From contig BFEA01000026.1 in the NCBI GenBank assembly GCA_003427395.1, positions 3,375,435 through 3,437,737 on the forward strand: a stretch of 62,303 nt of DNA. The letters are read 5' to 3'. This DNA comes from Chara braunii. Taxonomy: Eukaryota > Plantae > Charophyceae. Below the pieces are notes generated by a model. That model was given only the letters and a program-made list of their open reading frames with translations, had not been told where the DNA came from and did no database searches. The position numbers were made by a program, and so were the translations under genes. Below are positions 23,601 to 36,479 of the stretch, in pieces. Numbering within the stretch: position 1 is the stretch's first letter; each line of letters opens with the position of its first letter.

Positions 23601-26600
23601 ACAACCAATAAGTAAAATTGTATGAGGGTATCTTCTACTCTGGTCAGTTGCATGAGTAAAACTCTTTGAGAGTGTCTTTTGCTCTTGTCAATCGCACCTT
23701 CCTAATCTTTCCCTCTTCCCTTCTTCGCCGGACAGAGATGGATTGCACAAAGGTCTCCAATCCCCCACCTTAACAATAGGATCACTTCTCAGCACGCTGT
23801 AGCAGCGGAGCAAGGTTGCAACTACCATTTTCTTCACCCTCCTCTCTATGTTTTGACAATATCTCAACGCCCCATTGTCGAACATATCAGCTCCCCCCTT
23901 TTTCGCAAAAGGGCGAGAGCCCTCCCGACCAAGTCCCGCAGGAGTGAAAAAAAAAACAAAAGACAACTTAGACAAGGCATAAGTAGTCTCACGAACCGTC
24001 GAGACGGACGCGGATGCTGTTGTTACCTTACCATCTAGCTGGGTGCGCCGACCGTGCCTCTCGCTATCCCCTACGACAAGACAGGTTCCTGCAAGGCACA
24101 ACTTTCATTCCCTAAGGGGTTGTCACCACCCTTAGGGGCGTATACCTACTGAGCTACTGACCCACGTACAAGAGCTTTTACATGCAATTGCAAATCAGCC
24201 GAGGGCATTTGCTTATTTGCTGCAGTATAGGTACTCGTGGTTAAACCGTCGTCCAAACCCTGACATCGTTCGTTCCTTAGGGCGCTAATCTCCTAAGTAC
24301 AAAGTGAGTTCCAGTCGCCTAGGACGGCCTCAACAAAACGTGAAACCCACGAGCAAACCTAGTCCCTTAGCTACACAACTTTGAAAATTGTTTAATAATC
24401 TAAGACGATTAGGTCGATAGACCAAAACCAACATGACACCAATCGGCTAAGGTCAAATCGATGAATGTCAACCTCGAGTGAGTTTGACTTGATGAGATGA
24501 TTCATAGTTCGCCAGTGTTATTCATCCCAATCTTATATTGAGCAACAAAACCTAAGCGCCACTCTTTCTCATGGTGGGACAATCCGTTGGGATATCGGAT
24601 AGGCGTGTTGGATGTCGTACGTGATTTATAGGACCAGCGACATATTTTGATGGCCTTAGGTCCATTGTTGTTCCTGTAATGGGAACATACTGACATGACC
24701 CATACGTCGGGGTCCTAGGTTACGCCCTACGAAACCCTGCTTTTACAGGATCTGGGCTAGCTAATCATTCATGTATGATGGTTAGTCGCAAAGATGTATT
24801 TCATCATCCCGTAGACCCTCCTCGAAAATAGAGTACCCTGCTAACTTGTTGAAGGAGGGGGGTAGCTGAGCCGTTGCCTCATTCACGACTTAGCCACTCA
24901 ACATGCACTCCCAACACTCCCTTTGTTCCTGTGAGAGGAATATCCCTTCCTTAACCGCTGTTTTGCATGCATTTTTTTCTCCGCCCACTCAGGTTCCCCT
25001 CAATGCCGAAGTATGATAGTGTCATCATCGGGATGATCCGAATACTGTCCATCCGGTTGGTGACCCAAAATGTTTTGTTTTTTCTATTTCCCCCCCCGCC
25101 CCCCCCCCCCCCCCCGCCCTGCTCATTGTTGGGGTTGATACCTGGCGGCATCCCAGATCGGACACCCACAATTTTTTTTTTTTTTTTTCCCCCCCCCCCC
25201 CCCCCCCCCCGTTCTGGCCATTGCCTTATGCCAACGGCTTTCTTCCTGCCCTCTTGTGGCACAACCACGAGCTGTTAATGTATGGGTCAAAGATTTGCCT
25301 GGTGTAATGTACCATTCTATTAGAGGAATGAAAAACTTGCATTCCTAATTGACGTTGTCGAGCGCATCGGTCCGACACCGCACGTGGCAGCGTGGGACCC
25401 CCTCGGCCGCATCACGCAGGAGTTGGACCAACCTCATCATGAACATACAAATGGAGCTTCCGCAACCCGCTCCGGCCGAGTGCACCAGCCATCCCTCTCG
25501 CGAGCCCCTACGACAGGATAGGGCCTACGCGAGGGACAACTTACCTCCACCTTACGAGAGCTGTCACCTCCCTTCGGTGGGCGTATCCCCGCCGAGCTAC
25601 CTGTCCACAGTACGAAAGCTAATCAGTTGCAATCGCAGAGCTGGACCAGACGAGGGCGTTTCTCGTTCGCTGTAGCATAGGGGGTACACGCGGTAATACG
25701 CCTCTATCGGACCCGCAAACGAACCGACATCTTGGGGGGCTGAGGTCCTAAGCGCGGCCCGTCGTCGGTCGACTATGACGCATCCCACTCACCACGCGCA
25801 CACCACTCTAACAACCAAAAAAAGAAAACACACACACATACGAACGCACAAAACGACACAACACGAACAACGCGACACAAACAACGCGACAACGCTCGTA
25901 GCCCCTTGGTGACCATCCCATAACTCTTCGATGCGGAAATCGGATAGGCGTCGCGCACGAGACTTAGTATAAAACCGCGCGGACGCAGGGCTAACTCATA
26001 TCAGTTCGCGATGCAAGCATACTCAAGCGGTCGCAATGATGACGTACTATGTAGTACCGATACTCAGGTGGTCCTCGCTAATCGTGGGGGTCGCGTTCGA
26101 CACTCAAGTGTCGGCTGACACGCGCCTTGAGGGTTAATCTCTCGACGCTGGACAACCGCCAAGCGCAGTTGAAGACCACACACCCTCTTCTGCACTCTGC
26201 ACACAGTGGGGCAAATAGGCTCTGCACGGGGGCAGATTCCTTCCCTGCAGACTCTAGGGTTTGGGATGTCCTGGACAAGGACCTGGAATCCCGGCGCAGG
26301 ACCAAGGTCCGACAATAAAAATTTCTAAGAAGCAAAGGATAAAAGGGGATCTCCCTTTTTTTCTCAAACCCATAATCTGTTTAACCCTTACGCGCGGTCC
26401 CAGTAGGCCGCATGAAACACTCGAGACATATATATACACATAAAACTTAGTTATATAGGACGATCACTTCTCACAGTCACAGTGGGACTCCTCTCAGCCA
26501 TATATGTATGTAATCGCGGACAGTCACATCCAGAATCCGAATCACAACTATACCTGCAATCACATCAAAGATCCAACAAAAGTCCACGCACTACACGGGG

Positions 26601-26955
26601 TCAACTTCAACCATTCTCTATGCTCATACCCCTTGCTTTAGCCATACAAGTCTCACTCTACTGCAAGTCCCCAAAATAAATACTCAGTACTTTTGTTAAA
26701 TGACCATTCAATAAAGTTCGGGTGAAAACACAATGAAACAGTTCAAAGACCAGGGCTAAAGCCTTTAGGTTGAGTGACAAGAGTGGATTGGAGTTGAATC
26801 GCAAGCCGACGAGTCGGTAACTGACATGTTATCAGTGATAATAGAAGATGATCCTCGTAGGATCAAGCTGAACTAGTCCAAGTCCTGAATCGAATGTCCA
26901 AGAAAGGCCTGTACCATAAGACAGGTCAATGCCCAGGCTAAATCATCAGCATATA

Positions 26956-27282
26956 ACAGTCATTTCGTCAAAACGGACATATTATATTTTTTGAACGAAA
27001 TTAAAACTGTTTTTTTTTGCCAAAATCCGGTCGGAATTTTTTGCTCCTGGGGGTCCGACCCACTACATGTATCTGGTCTATGGTTGAGACCAGATACTTT
27101 TTTTTTTTTTTTTTTTTTTTTTGTATCTGGTCTCAACCATAAACCAAATACATGTAGGGGGTCCGGCGTTCTGGGAACGCCGGACCCCCAGGAGCAAAAA
27201 ATTCCGACCGGATTTTGGCAAAAAAAATCAATTTTGATTTCGTTCAAAAAATATAATATGTCCGTTTTGACGAAATAACTGT
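26956..27282. mobile_element. Almost fully palindromic MITE (TA TSD) inserted in copy 1 of the large element
   Basis: ta|acagtcatttcgtcaaaacgg ... ccgttttgacgaaataactgt|ta. The TIRs are about 100 bp, there are nested inner hairpins, and the element is absent from the equivalent region of copy 2 (about 46500-46620). Confidence 0.9.
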
Positions 27283-30200
27283 TATATGGGGGATAAACCT
27301 CCATAGCACATTCTCACTTAAAGTTATCTGCCAACTAAGTCTAAGCCTACCTCTAAGCCAGTGCCCAAAGCAAAGGTAGACTAATGACAGAATCTCCCCT
27401 ATTCAGGGTGGATCGTCAAAATCGCCACCTGTCAAAATATAATATAACTCCTCTTAATCAAGAAAATTTCGGCAGCGCTTCCCGTAGGAAAAGTGTCTTT
27501 TCATAATTTGTATCAGCCCGAATATGAAAACAAAAATAGTATTAGAGTTTTCAAAGTCCAATTTTGTCAAACTCCCTGAATTAGCAAAAATTTGAGCAGC
27601 ACTCCCTTTAGAAAATGAGACTTTTCAGATTTTTACTAAGTCAAGTATGAACTTTAGACAAGTTGAACTTTGAAGAGCCAAAAATTGACTAACTCCTTGG
27701 ACTTGTAGAAATTTCGGCAGCGCTTCCCGTAGAGAAAGTAACTTACCAAAATTTATACAAGGCCAAGTATAACAAAAGATCCCAAAAAATGCGAGAATTG
27801 ATCTAAGTAAAAAAACTTAGCTCAGAAAATGCAAGAATTGAAACTAACTCGTATGGCTCTAGCACGTGGCGAGCGACTAAAGCAACTATCTATCAAACCG
27901 AAACTCAGACCAAGTAGTAGCCTCACTCAGTCACATGCAGGCCAAACCACAAAGGTAAGTACTCTCACCATCCCCAAGTCAACCTGAGCAAACAATAGTT
28001 CATGACCTCTCAATGATTTAACCCTTTATACCCAACTCACATAAGGCATAGGTCAGGCCACCTGAACTTACAGAGCGCGCCCAACTTAGTCAGGCCTAAA
28101 GTCAATATACCTAAACTTATAGAGCGTTCTGACTTAGCCAAATATACACAAACAGAGGACACGACTACTTTTCTCTTCTTTGGGCATATAACTAGACCAC
28201 TCTAGTCGCCCTGAACTGTTTAAGATATATACATGTCTTCTCCTTTGCCTTCTAAGGCTGCATAGGACTGAACTAACTTAAGTCCAGCCTGCCCCAACTT
28301 ACCATCAACTATATTCTTAGTTATACTCACTTCAAGTTGTGATAGGCTATAGATAGACCACCTAAACTTATAGAACAGTCTGATTAGCTCGTTCTTAAAT
28401 AGAATAGTCGTCAGACACTTCTATAAGTTTAGGGAGTCTGATTGCTTTGGAGGCTGGGATGTCCCCATAAGTTTGGGGAGACCCAGCGCTATAAATTGCA
28501 TGGAGAGTCAGAACGCTCTATAAGTTTAGGTGTCCTCACTGCTCTGACTTGTGAGGGTTTGATTGCGGTTGATTTTCAGGAGTTCGGGGCGCTCTATAAG
28601 TTTAGGTACTCTGAGTTGCCTTGTTTCTTGGGTTTTCTTAAGTTTCTTTGTTTCTGAACGAGGGGGCAAAGTTGTTCTATAAGTTTAGGTGGCTCAGTCT
28701 CTTTCTGATTTATTTTGAGGAAATGAACTTGGCAAAGAGCAAACCCTTCTGTAAGTTCAGGGGATTTAACTCAATGCCACTCACATGATGACTCAGAGAT
28801 AAATGAACTTGGCAGAGAGTTAGATCCTTCTGTAAGTTCAGGGGGTCTGGCTCAAAGCCTCGCACCAATCAAAACCAAAGGAAACAGAGCACTAAGCCTC
28901 CCCAAACTTATGGGGACACCCCAACCTTAATGACCCAGTCAACCATCATGCAAACCAACCCTTCATCCTTCCTTCCCCCAGATACAGTTTCCTTTTAGCA
29001 ATCTGATTTCGTTCAATCAACAAAACTGAAACTGAGTTGCACACACATTCTTTTATTTGATCTGATTTAGTGTCCCGAAAGTCAAACGAAAGTCAAAGTA
29101 AGGTTGCACACCATATACTCAGTCAGCGATGCAACGGGGACTACAGATAGGGGTTATACCTGGGTTTATAGAGGGGAAAGCAATGGTCACCTGTCAGTTC
29201 CCTGCCTCCAGAACTCCTCCTGAGTTTCGGCAGAGCCCCTGCAATCGGTGGGGCAACCTCCCACAAAGGCCTTGGCGCGGATTACGGGTTGCAGTCCCGC
29301 CTGCCGCCTTCCTCTCAGAACCAGGGGACTAGACTTAGAGCACGAAAGGCAGAAGGAGAAAGATCTTCAGACTCTCAAATCCAAGGGGGGGGTGCTCTCA
29401 GACTCGCATGAGAGGACCTCAAAACCTGGATACGCCTGAGGGCCCCGCAATGGCGGCCAAGTAACACAGCTTGGTCAACCTGAAGTCAGCCCGCCAACCT
29501 CACTCTCTTGACGGACCCCTACCTCGTAGCAATAGAGCCAGCCAGTCGAAGTCAATCCCCGGACGAGTTCCCAATTCACAGCATTACCCTCCCTTTGTAT
29601 ACGCTAACCTCTCCTCCAAGTCACACCGTACGGTAGAAGGCACATTATATTAATCGACACTCGGATCTGCCTACGTAGTTGCCATGCCGCGACTTTACTC
29701 TGCTGTGGACGGCGCTGCCGTGGGGGAGATGGGCCTGTAGTTCGCACGACTTCCCTCTCGCTCCACAAGGAGCACAACACATTTTCAGCAGACGGTCATA
29801 CAGGCTGACGGCCCATCTCCCCACCACTCCTAGCCACGGGAAGAACAGTACCTCGGCACACAGGTAAATGTTCGAGCGCAGCTCATCTGCGATCTCTGTT
29901 CCCCAACCTCGGCAGTCCTCCCTCCTGCCGGTAGGTCCTCAATCCTTGTGGCCTGCTCCTTTCGAGTGTTTAGCTTTAGCTAGGCACAATCAGAACGGAA
30001 TTTTGGCTAGACCGCGGAGTCACGCAACCAAACGCCGCCCTCCCCGGCTTCCCCGTTGGCAGCCTGCGTACCTTGGTACCTGCGGTTCGACTCTCGGTTT
30101 GTCCGAAATGACTGCTAATAGTCGCTTTCGCTTGGTTTGGTTGCGGCCTGCCCGTCTCTGCTCGACTTGGCCGCAATCAGCCCGTCCGTCTTCCCGTACC

Positions 30201-31493
30201 CCTCTCCTTCTCTTCTGTGCCTGTGCGTAGACCCCTACTCAGACTCGGGACTGCGCACAACAATTAAGTATCGCTTGGCCTTCCTCAACCTCTACCTTCA
30301 CTTGGCCCGCATCCTCCCCTCTTTCGTTCGCTTTCGAATGCACCTAGCGCAAGCCCGCGTCTAGGTTCAGTTGAACTCCTTCCCTCCATGGTTGCGCTCT
30401 CCGACACCACCCCGCACCATTTTTCGCACCCTGCCCTCAACTTACTAACTTTTTCCCAAATCCGACTTCATAGTCGGACTCCTCCGCCTGTATCTACTCA
30501 AAAATGAGACACCACAGTCGTTTTATCCCCTTTCTCTTCCATAGCCCCACGCCGCCCATCTCCATGCTAACCTGAAATCTACTTACTAACTCTCAAATCC
30601 AACCCTGCCGTTGGATTCGCAGCCCCTTGAAACCGCGAAAACGCATCCTCTCTCGCCCGATTTCATCAAGAATCGGGTGAGCTTCGTACCTTTCCCCGCT
30701 TCCTTTCTCCTTCGTTCCTCCGCCATAGCTTTGGCGCACTAATTTTTCTATTAACCCACTATTCAACTAATCCTTTACTAAAACTAACTCCACAATCTAC
30801 CTCGCCAATGCCGATAACCCCTACCCATCACCTTGCCCCGCTTATTTTCGTTAGGAAGCGGGCAGGATGTGATCTCTTTCTCTCCGTCAGCTTTAACAGC
30901 GGATGCACCTGGCACGGATTACGCGCCAGGTTCATTTGTTTTTCTCCACAGCCCCGCTGGTCCGCCCGCTATTGCACAGCGCGGCTCGTCTCGCTCCGCC
31001 TCACAGCCCACTTCTACCGCGCCCTCTGTCCACTGTGCCACCTACCCGCTGCCGCCTGTTGTACCTGGCTGGCTCTCGTTGCACTCCGCATGCACCCGGA
31101 TGCGCCCCCCGCCCCGATTCATCTATCCTTTCTCCGTGCGGCTTACCTACTCCGACTGCCGTTGACGTCCCGGTTCGTTCACTGCGGCGGTATCCTCCAG
31201 CCTCCGACCATCGCAGCCTCCGTCGTCGGCTTCACAAGGCTAGCGCAGCAAACCGACCGGGAAAAACAATTGCTTTCCCTTTTATGCACGTCCCCCGCGG
31301 CGCGCAGGCCATACCGGCCTTCCCGTCGCCAGCCCCCAGCTTACCGGGCGGCCCGAGGGATTCGGCTTGCCCCGCGGCCTTTCACACTCCGAACCGCACC
31401 CTGCGCCACCCTCTCCTTGGTAGGGTCGTACGTGAACCTAGCCTCCTCCCGAGGCCAGGTTCGAACAGAAGTGCCGTGCCGAACCCCCCCTAC

Positions 31494-31526
31494 ATCGTTC
31501 CAATTTTAACGGATGTCCCGAAGGAC
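31494..31526 (-). ncRNA. U6: U6 snRNA 5' fragment (33 nt) ending just before the ACAGAGA box
   Basis: The minus strand reads GTCCTTCGGGACATCCGTTAAAATTGGAACGAT, nearly identical to the plant U6 5' end, then diverges (GTAGGGG). Confidence 0.85.
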
Positions 31527-32715
31527 CACGGTCGGGGTAATACCCCGCGGCCTACCGGAGCCTAGATGGCCCCTCTTCGGAACCTGCGTAGCCTGCGCAA
31601 GGCCGGGATAGCTGGTCATTCTCACAAAATCCCATCACCCAGGCCCGGCCTACGGGCCTGGACCCCAACAGTTCATGGGTGTGCCCACTGAGCTCGGCCC
31701 TTAGGCCCCGGGAGTAACCACGGCCCCGCGTCTCAAGGCAAAATGGGGCGCGGCCCCGACACAGCCACAAAAATAGTCTGTAATTGCGTTTCGGGCAGCC
31801 CACGAATTCCACACATCCCATGCGACCCCACCGCAGTCTCGCATCCCGCAAAGGGACCAAAAACAACACACACAAGGGAAATAAAATAGACTAAAGGTAC
31901 GTCGGGGAACCGCGGGGTCGCTGGCACCGCGCCAGCCCCGCGGATTGGGCCCTGCCGCCGCACCGATAAGCAAAACCGAGGGGAGATAGCCCCACAGGGC
32001 CCTCAACCCCTGAGACCCGCTGGCCTCGGTCCCCGACCCTCCATGGTAACAGTCCGCTGTCGTAACCTATGGGGCTATGCCCAAGCGTGAGACCAGCGCC
32101 CGCAGAGTACCATACAAGGCAGTGCGGCGCGACGCTTTGGGCCAACAAACCGGCTGCGCGGCTCCCAGTGCCCGCGCCGGCTTGCTTATAGTGTGCCATA
32201 ATTGCCCCGCGTGCCATCCTACGACACCCCCCCCCCCGCACGAAGTCGCGCCGTCGTTGCCGATGCCGTCGTCGGGGTCGTTCTCCGCACGCCCGCTCGA
32301 CTCGGTCAAACTTACCAATCAACCGAAAATATCCCTTATTCCTGCTTAATCAAATATAAATAAATATTAATAATATTATTAAACAAAACGACCGATGTCC
32401 GTCCGACTTTATGATCCACAGCAGAAAAGAATCACGAGCGCCTTAAACCTGCGCGCCCACGCACTCTTTACTCTAGTTAACCATCCAGTCAACGTAATTT
32501 ACAGACGCAGCCGCGCCTAGCGCGGTATACTTAACTTTAAACCAAAACCATTTTCTGCCACTTGCATAAAACAGGGTGGATACCCTTGTAAGGGTATTCG
32601 CGCCGACAACGTCGAGGCAGATCAAAATGTGGTATCAAACACCCCAAATTGAAATATGAACCGAAAAGACCTTACTTCGAATCCAATGGAATTCGATAAT
32701 TTTTTTATTTTTTAT

Positions 32716-32757
32716 TTTTCCTGATTTATGTGCATCATCCTTGTGTGGGGCCATGCT
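32716..32757 (-). pseudogene. U6: U6 snRNA 3' half (from the AGC triad onward)
   Basis: The minus strand reads agcatggccccacacaaggatgatgcacataaatcaggaaaa, followed by A-rich sequence. Confidence 0.8.
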
Positions 32758-33380
32758 GGTTATGGCGCCGTTGATCTCATCCGCACAATCTTAATGGCCG
32801 CGAGGTCGAGATCGTTCATGCCCAAGTGCCCCCCAACCCTTGCGGACTGCTCCTACAAAAGAAGCTATAGTAGCCCAACGAAGGCATATCAAATTTGATG
32901 TTCACATCTGCAGCATGGAAGTTTGGTATCTTACCTGTTGGGCTACCTCCTACTACAAGACGAGTACAAGCAGCAATCAGCCTGCCCGCGGGCCAGCAAA
33001 CTTAGCCTGCTCGCGGGCCAGCAAACTTAGCCTGCCTAAACCTTTTTAGGGGCTAGCGTCCCACCCTGGGTCCGCACGGACACCCACCCTATAAGTTGGT
33101 GGACCAGCCTATCAATGGATAAGCACGGGCCCAAAATTTTACCCGCCTAAAATTATCAGGGGTGGGCAGAATCCTTTGCCCAACCCAATCAATCGTGACC
33201 TCAATGAGGCCGCGTTTTCTTTTCTTTTCTGGGCGTGCACCCCGCACGCTCGCCATAAATTCAGTCTGAACGGATACCCTAGCTGCTTCCAAGCTTATCA
33301 GGCCTTTCCACTCGGTCACTTTTTCTGACTGGTCGGACTGCATCCGACATTGAAAACACCCGGCAGATACCCTTGTTAGG
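32758..33380. mobile_element. Unclassified repeat fused to the U6 3' half, copy A
   Basis: Homologous to 59192-59930 at several anchors, e.g. gtcggactgcatccgacattgaaaacacccggcagataccctt (about 33332) versus gtcggacagtgtccgacattcaaaaccccctggcaaataccctt (about 59884). Confidence 0.7.
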
Positions 33381-33569
33381 TTTCTGCCCCCACACTGCGA
33401 AGCGGGTCTGACACTTTTTAATCTTCCTTTCCTTGTCCCAGAGGTCCACGATCCTCACTACCCCCCCGCTTCACTCATGTCTTCCAGGGGCGTCGAGCTG
33501 TGCATTACCTGCCCCTGTCTATTTATAATCCACCTGTCACTAAACAACGACTGTCTTTTTTTTTTTTTT

Positions 33570-33870
33570 TTTGCTCCAATCGCGTTTTGCTGTTTGTCTT
33601 GTGACTGTCGTGGCTGTTTGGGTTAAGCAGTTATTTTCCTTTTGGGAAGGCCATGGGAGAGCCCAGTAGCGATTTTGTAACCAAATCAACAAGCTGATTC
33701 CTTCAAGGGCCTCGGGAGCTAGCCTTGCGATCTGTTCTAAGGTTAGTTCCCTCCAGGGGCGATCATCCTCCAACATCAACTTCTTAATCCATTTCAGGCT
33801 GAGTGCTTATGCCTGGGTAGTAGGGTCTATGATCCCCAAGTCCCTTTTGCTTAAAGGTTGCACCACCGCG
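33570..33870 (-). mobile_element. L1-type LINE internal fragment
   Basis: The minus strand reads LGIIDP..QA*ALSLKWIKKLMLEDDRPW, typical of the post-RT region of plant L1 ORF2. Confidence 0.6.
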
Positions 33871-33874
33871 TCCC

Positions 33875-34435
33875 ATGCCACTCAGCTTATTGTGTGTGCA
33901 CACTCGCTGTCCCCCCTCAACAGGAAGGCCGCAACCGCAACATGCCTTTTTTAGGCTCTTCGTTGCCCCTGCACTGAGCAGCCAAAGTAATGATTTGTAC
34001 CGGTTCCAGCGATGCTACCACGAAGATCTGACGCTGGCCAGAACGGACGAAGCCGCAACCACATGGACATTCCTGGGGTGTACCATGAAGGTAAAGATGT
34101 ACCCACCAGAGGTGACCTGCACAACCAATACGGCTAATGGACCAAGTCTGCTCAAAGGAGGTCCACTGGTGTTCCAGGGACTGCAGAATTACGGATCATA
34201 CACCGCCAGCAGCACGAAGAGGGCGGTTATCACGGGGTGTCTAAGCAGAATTTGGGACCACACCCTCGATAAATCCACGGCGGGACCCACCCTTCTCGGA
34301 TTGAAAATTGAATTACGAAAAAGAGGATTTCCTGCCCGCTCCTTCGACAACGGGCTCAAGAATGTTTCAAAACGAAAGGACGACGTGTGGCGAAAATGGA
34401 TCGAGGTCTTGTGCGACTGGGACTGGTACGAGTAG
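33875..34435 (+). mobile_element. Penelope-like element RT C-terminus/thumb (5'-truncated)
   Basis: FQRCY..DLTL.R..WTFLGCTMKV...YGSYTASSTKRAVITGCLSRI....ELRKRGFP resembles PLE RT motif 7 plus thumb (FL...S.K..VI...L.R...EL..RGYP). The ORF stops without a C-terminal GIY-YIG domain. Confidence 0.65.
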
Positions 34436-35639
34436 CGGCCTAGACCAAGGAGGCCAGATGGCGGGATTTGAACTGGCGCCGAAAGGTACGCAGACACGCG
34501 TGGAAATGTGCCCTCGTGCTCCACAACGACAGATTTTAGAGTTGAGATTTTACTCTTACTTTTACTTCATTATTATTTTTTTGTGCATTGTGTTTCGGAT
34601 GACTCAACAAAGTATTAAGGAGAAAGGACTCGACGCAGGATTGTTTTCGGATTTTAGGCGGGAACTACGACCTTTGCACAAGATTGTAGGAGTACTTATA
34701 GGACCTTCATAGCTCAGCTCGACACATCCCCTTTTGTTCTTCGCCCCTAACGACGCTGGTCTGGCGCCAGCAGAAACTAGTCGGGCAGTTCGCCAGGATG
34801 GGGGTAGTAGGACGCTGCAACCTCCATCAGTAGTCTAGGTCTTCACGACGCATCCCTGATGCGATCTCTATTGGACTATGTTTTTTCCGAGCCTCACGAC
34901 GCACACCTTGGTGCGCTCTTTATCGAAATATCAATAACAAAGGGTTTCGATTGACTTGAGTTATGTGGTGTGATGCCGCGGATCCTACCAGGCATAACGA
35001 CGTCTGTTGTATTACTCTCTTTCTCTCCCCTCTCTCTCTCTCTTCATACTCTTTTCCAACCATCCGACAATCTCACTCTGCGGGAACGAGTGTAGGCACG
35101 ATCGAAATTGGGCAACAGATCGCCAAAGGCGCCTGTACCTCAGTACCATTCGATTGTCCCTCTGTACCCTTAGGGATGCAAGCACCATGTTGTTTATAAC
35201 TAATTCTCTTCCAAATAGAGAGAGATGTTTTCTGTTCCAATTAGCGATCTGTGCACGGGCTGGGGCCAAAATCCAAACACAGCGCGACCTCGACTTCATA
35301 GACGAGCAACGACGAAAGACAGCTTATACCAGTTCAAGGACCCGGCGCAGTCCGAACATATGGAGGCTCTTCAAACTAGTAGGCCTCCAGCTATCGAGGC
35401 GCCCATGAGAGTCGAGGCGGCTACGACAACCTAGGAGGCTACAACCACTACTACAACAACCACCTAGACAACCTCGCATCCAACAAGGACATAGCCAACG
35501 CCCTACTAATGATGAAGGAGTTCTGCTCAATGTTCATGGAAGAAAAAAAAATCGAGATGCGTCGTGAACGACTATGCCACATCCTTCGCTATCATTTCCG
35601 GAGACGAAAGGGCGCGGGTGTGTACACGGTATCTCTGCT

Positions 35640-36080
35640 CTAAGCGAGGGCTTGATGGTGTGCCTCGCAGAACTCAAAATTAGAATCGGATGAACACAAT
35701 CTTGTTACCCTTTCCGTTACTTCCTGATGTTCACGTGGCATGTAGTTGAACCCCCTCCCTCTCAGATACTCGCTCCATCTATAATCTGCACATGATGTTC
35801 GGGGCCAATAAGATGCAACACCAGGCCATGAAATAACAGTGGGCTCGTTATATGAGAGCAAGATCGAGAAAGGAGGAAAGACTGTGTCCACCGTCGCAAA
35901 TCTGGAGTTACCAAAGGCAAAACAGTTCTTCTGCATCGTATTGATAAGGTTGGCGGATCTGCGTCGTAGCTTCGCGTATGTACCACTCGCAGGCACGTGG
36001 CCTTTCCTCCCTACAGGGGAACTCCGGGTACAGTTCGAAGCCGACGAACACGGTGCACACCTACCGCAACTTTCAGTGTG
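35640..36080 (-). mobile_element. Decayed retroelement fragment, same family as the 10675-10730 segment
   Basis: Nucleotide homology gcttcgcgtatgtaccactcgcaggcacgtggcctttcctc versus gcttcgcgtaaatcccacttgcagacacatgtcctatcctc. Confidence 0.4.
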
Positions 36081-36479
36081 AAACTAAAGCCATAAGAGAA
36101 CACCATCCTATGACTTCATGAAAACGATTTGCGAGAGCAAACATCAATAGAGCAACCGTCAATTCTGGCTCCTTTTCCATTCGGGGGAGCATCAGTCTGG
36201 TTCCTATTCCACCAGCAAGTGAAAGGTAGTACATATGGGGCTCACACACGCTCTTCCCCTTTATGGTAGGAAAGCCCAAGGGACGACATTGATTACTTCC
36301 TGCCAGAAGGATGTACCTCCCCTCACCCCTGCCTAAGTTATCATCGACTACTCTACTTTTTTATTGGATTTAGTTGCTGCGTTCCTTATTGTGAAACTGA
36401 AGACTTTCCCTCTAGTTTACACATTTTTCGGTCCGTATCCCCTATGGACTAGAAGACAACATTTTGAGACTGTGATCTG

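Larger units (their letters stand above)
25356..32608. mobile_element. 7.25-kb non-coding TG...CA element, copy 1 (giant solo LTR or Ginger-like non-autonomous element)
   Basis: acgt|TGTCGAGCGC ... GCGCCGACA|acgt. Homologous to 44422-52547 over about the first 4.1 kb and last 0.8 kb. No recognisable coding ORF. Confidence 0.85.

Noticed and set aside
30808-31565. ORFs of 220-233 aa inside the large element
   Set aside because: GC-rich overlapping frames with no domain, and not conserved in copy 2.
31494-32757. A single U6 gene split by an intron or insertion
   Set aside because: On the minus strand the 3' half precedes the 5' half, the ACAGAGAAGAT segment is missing, and an element boundary (32608) lies between them.
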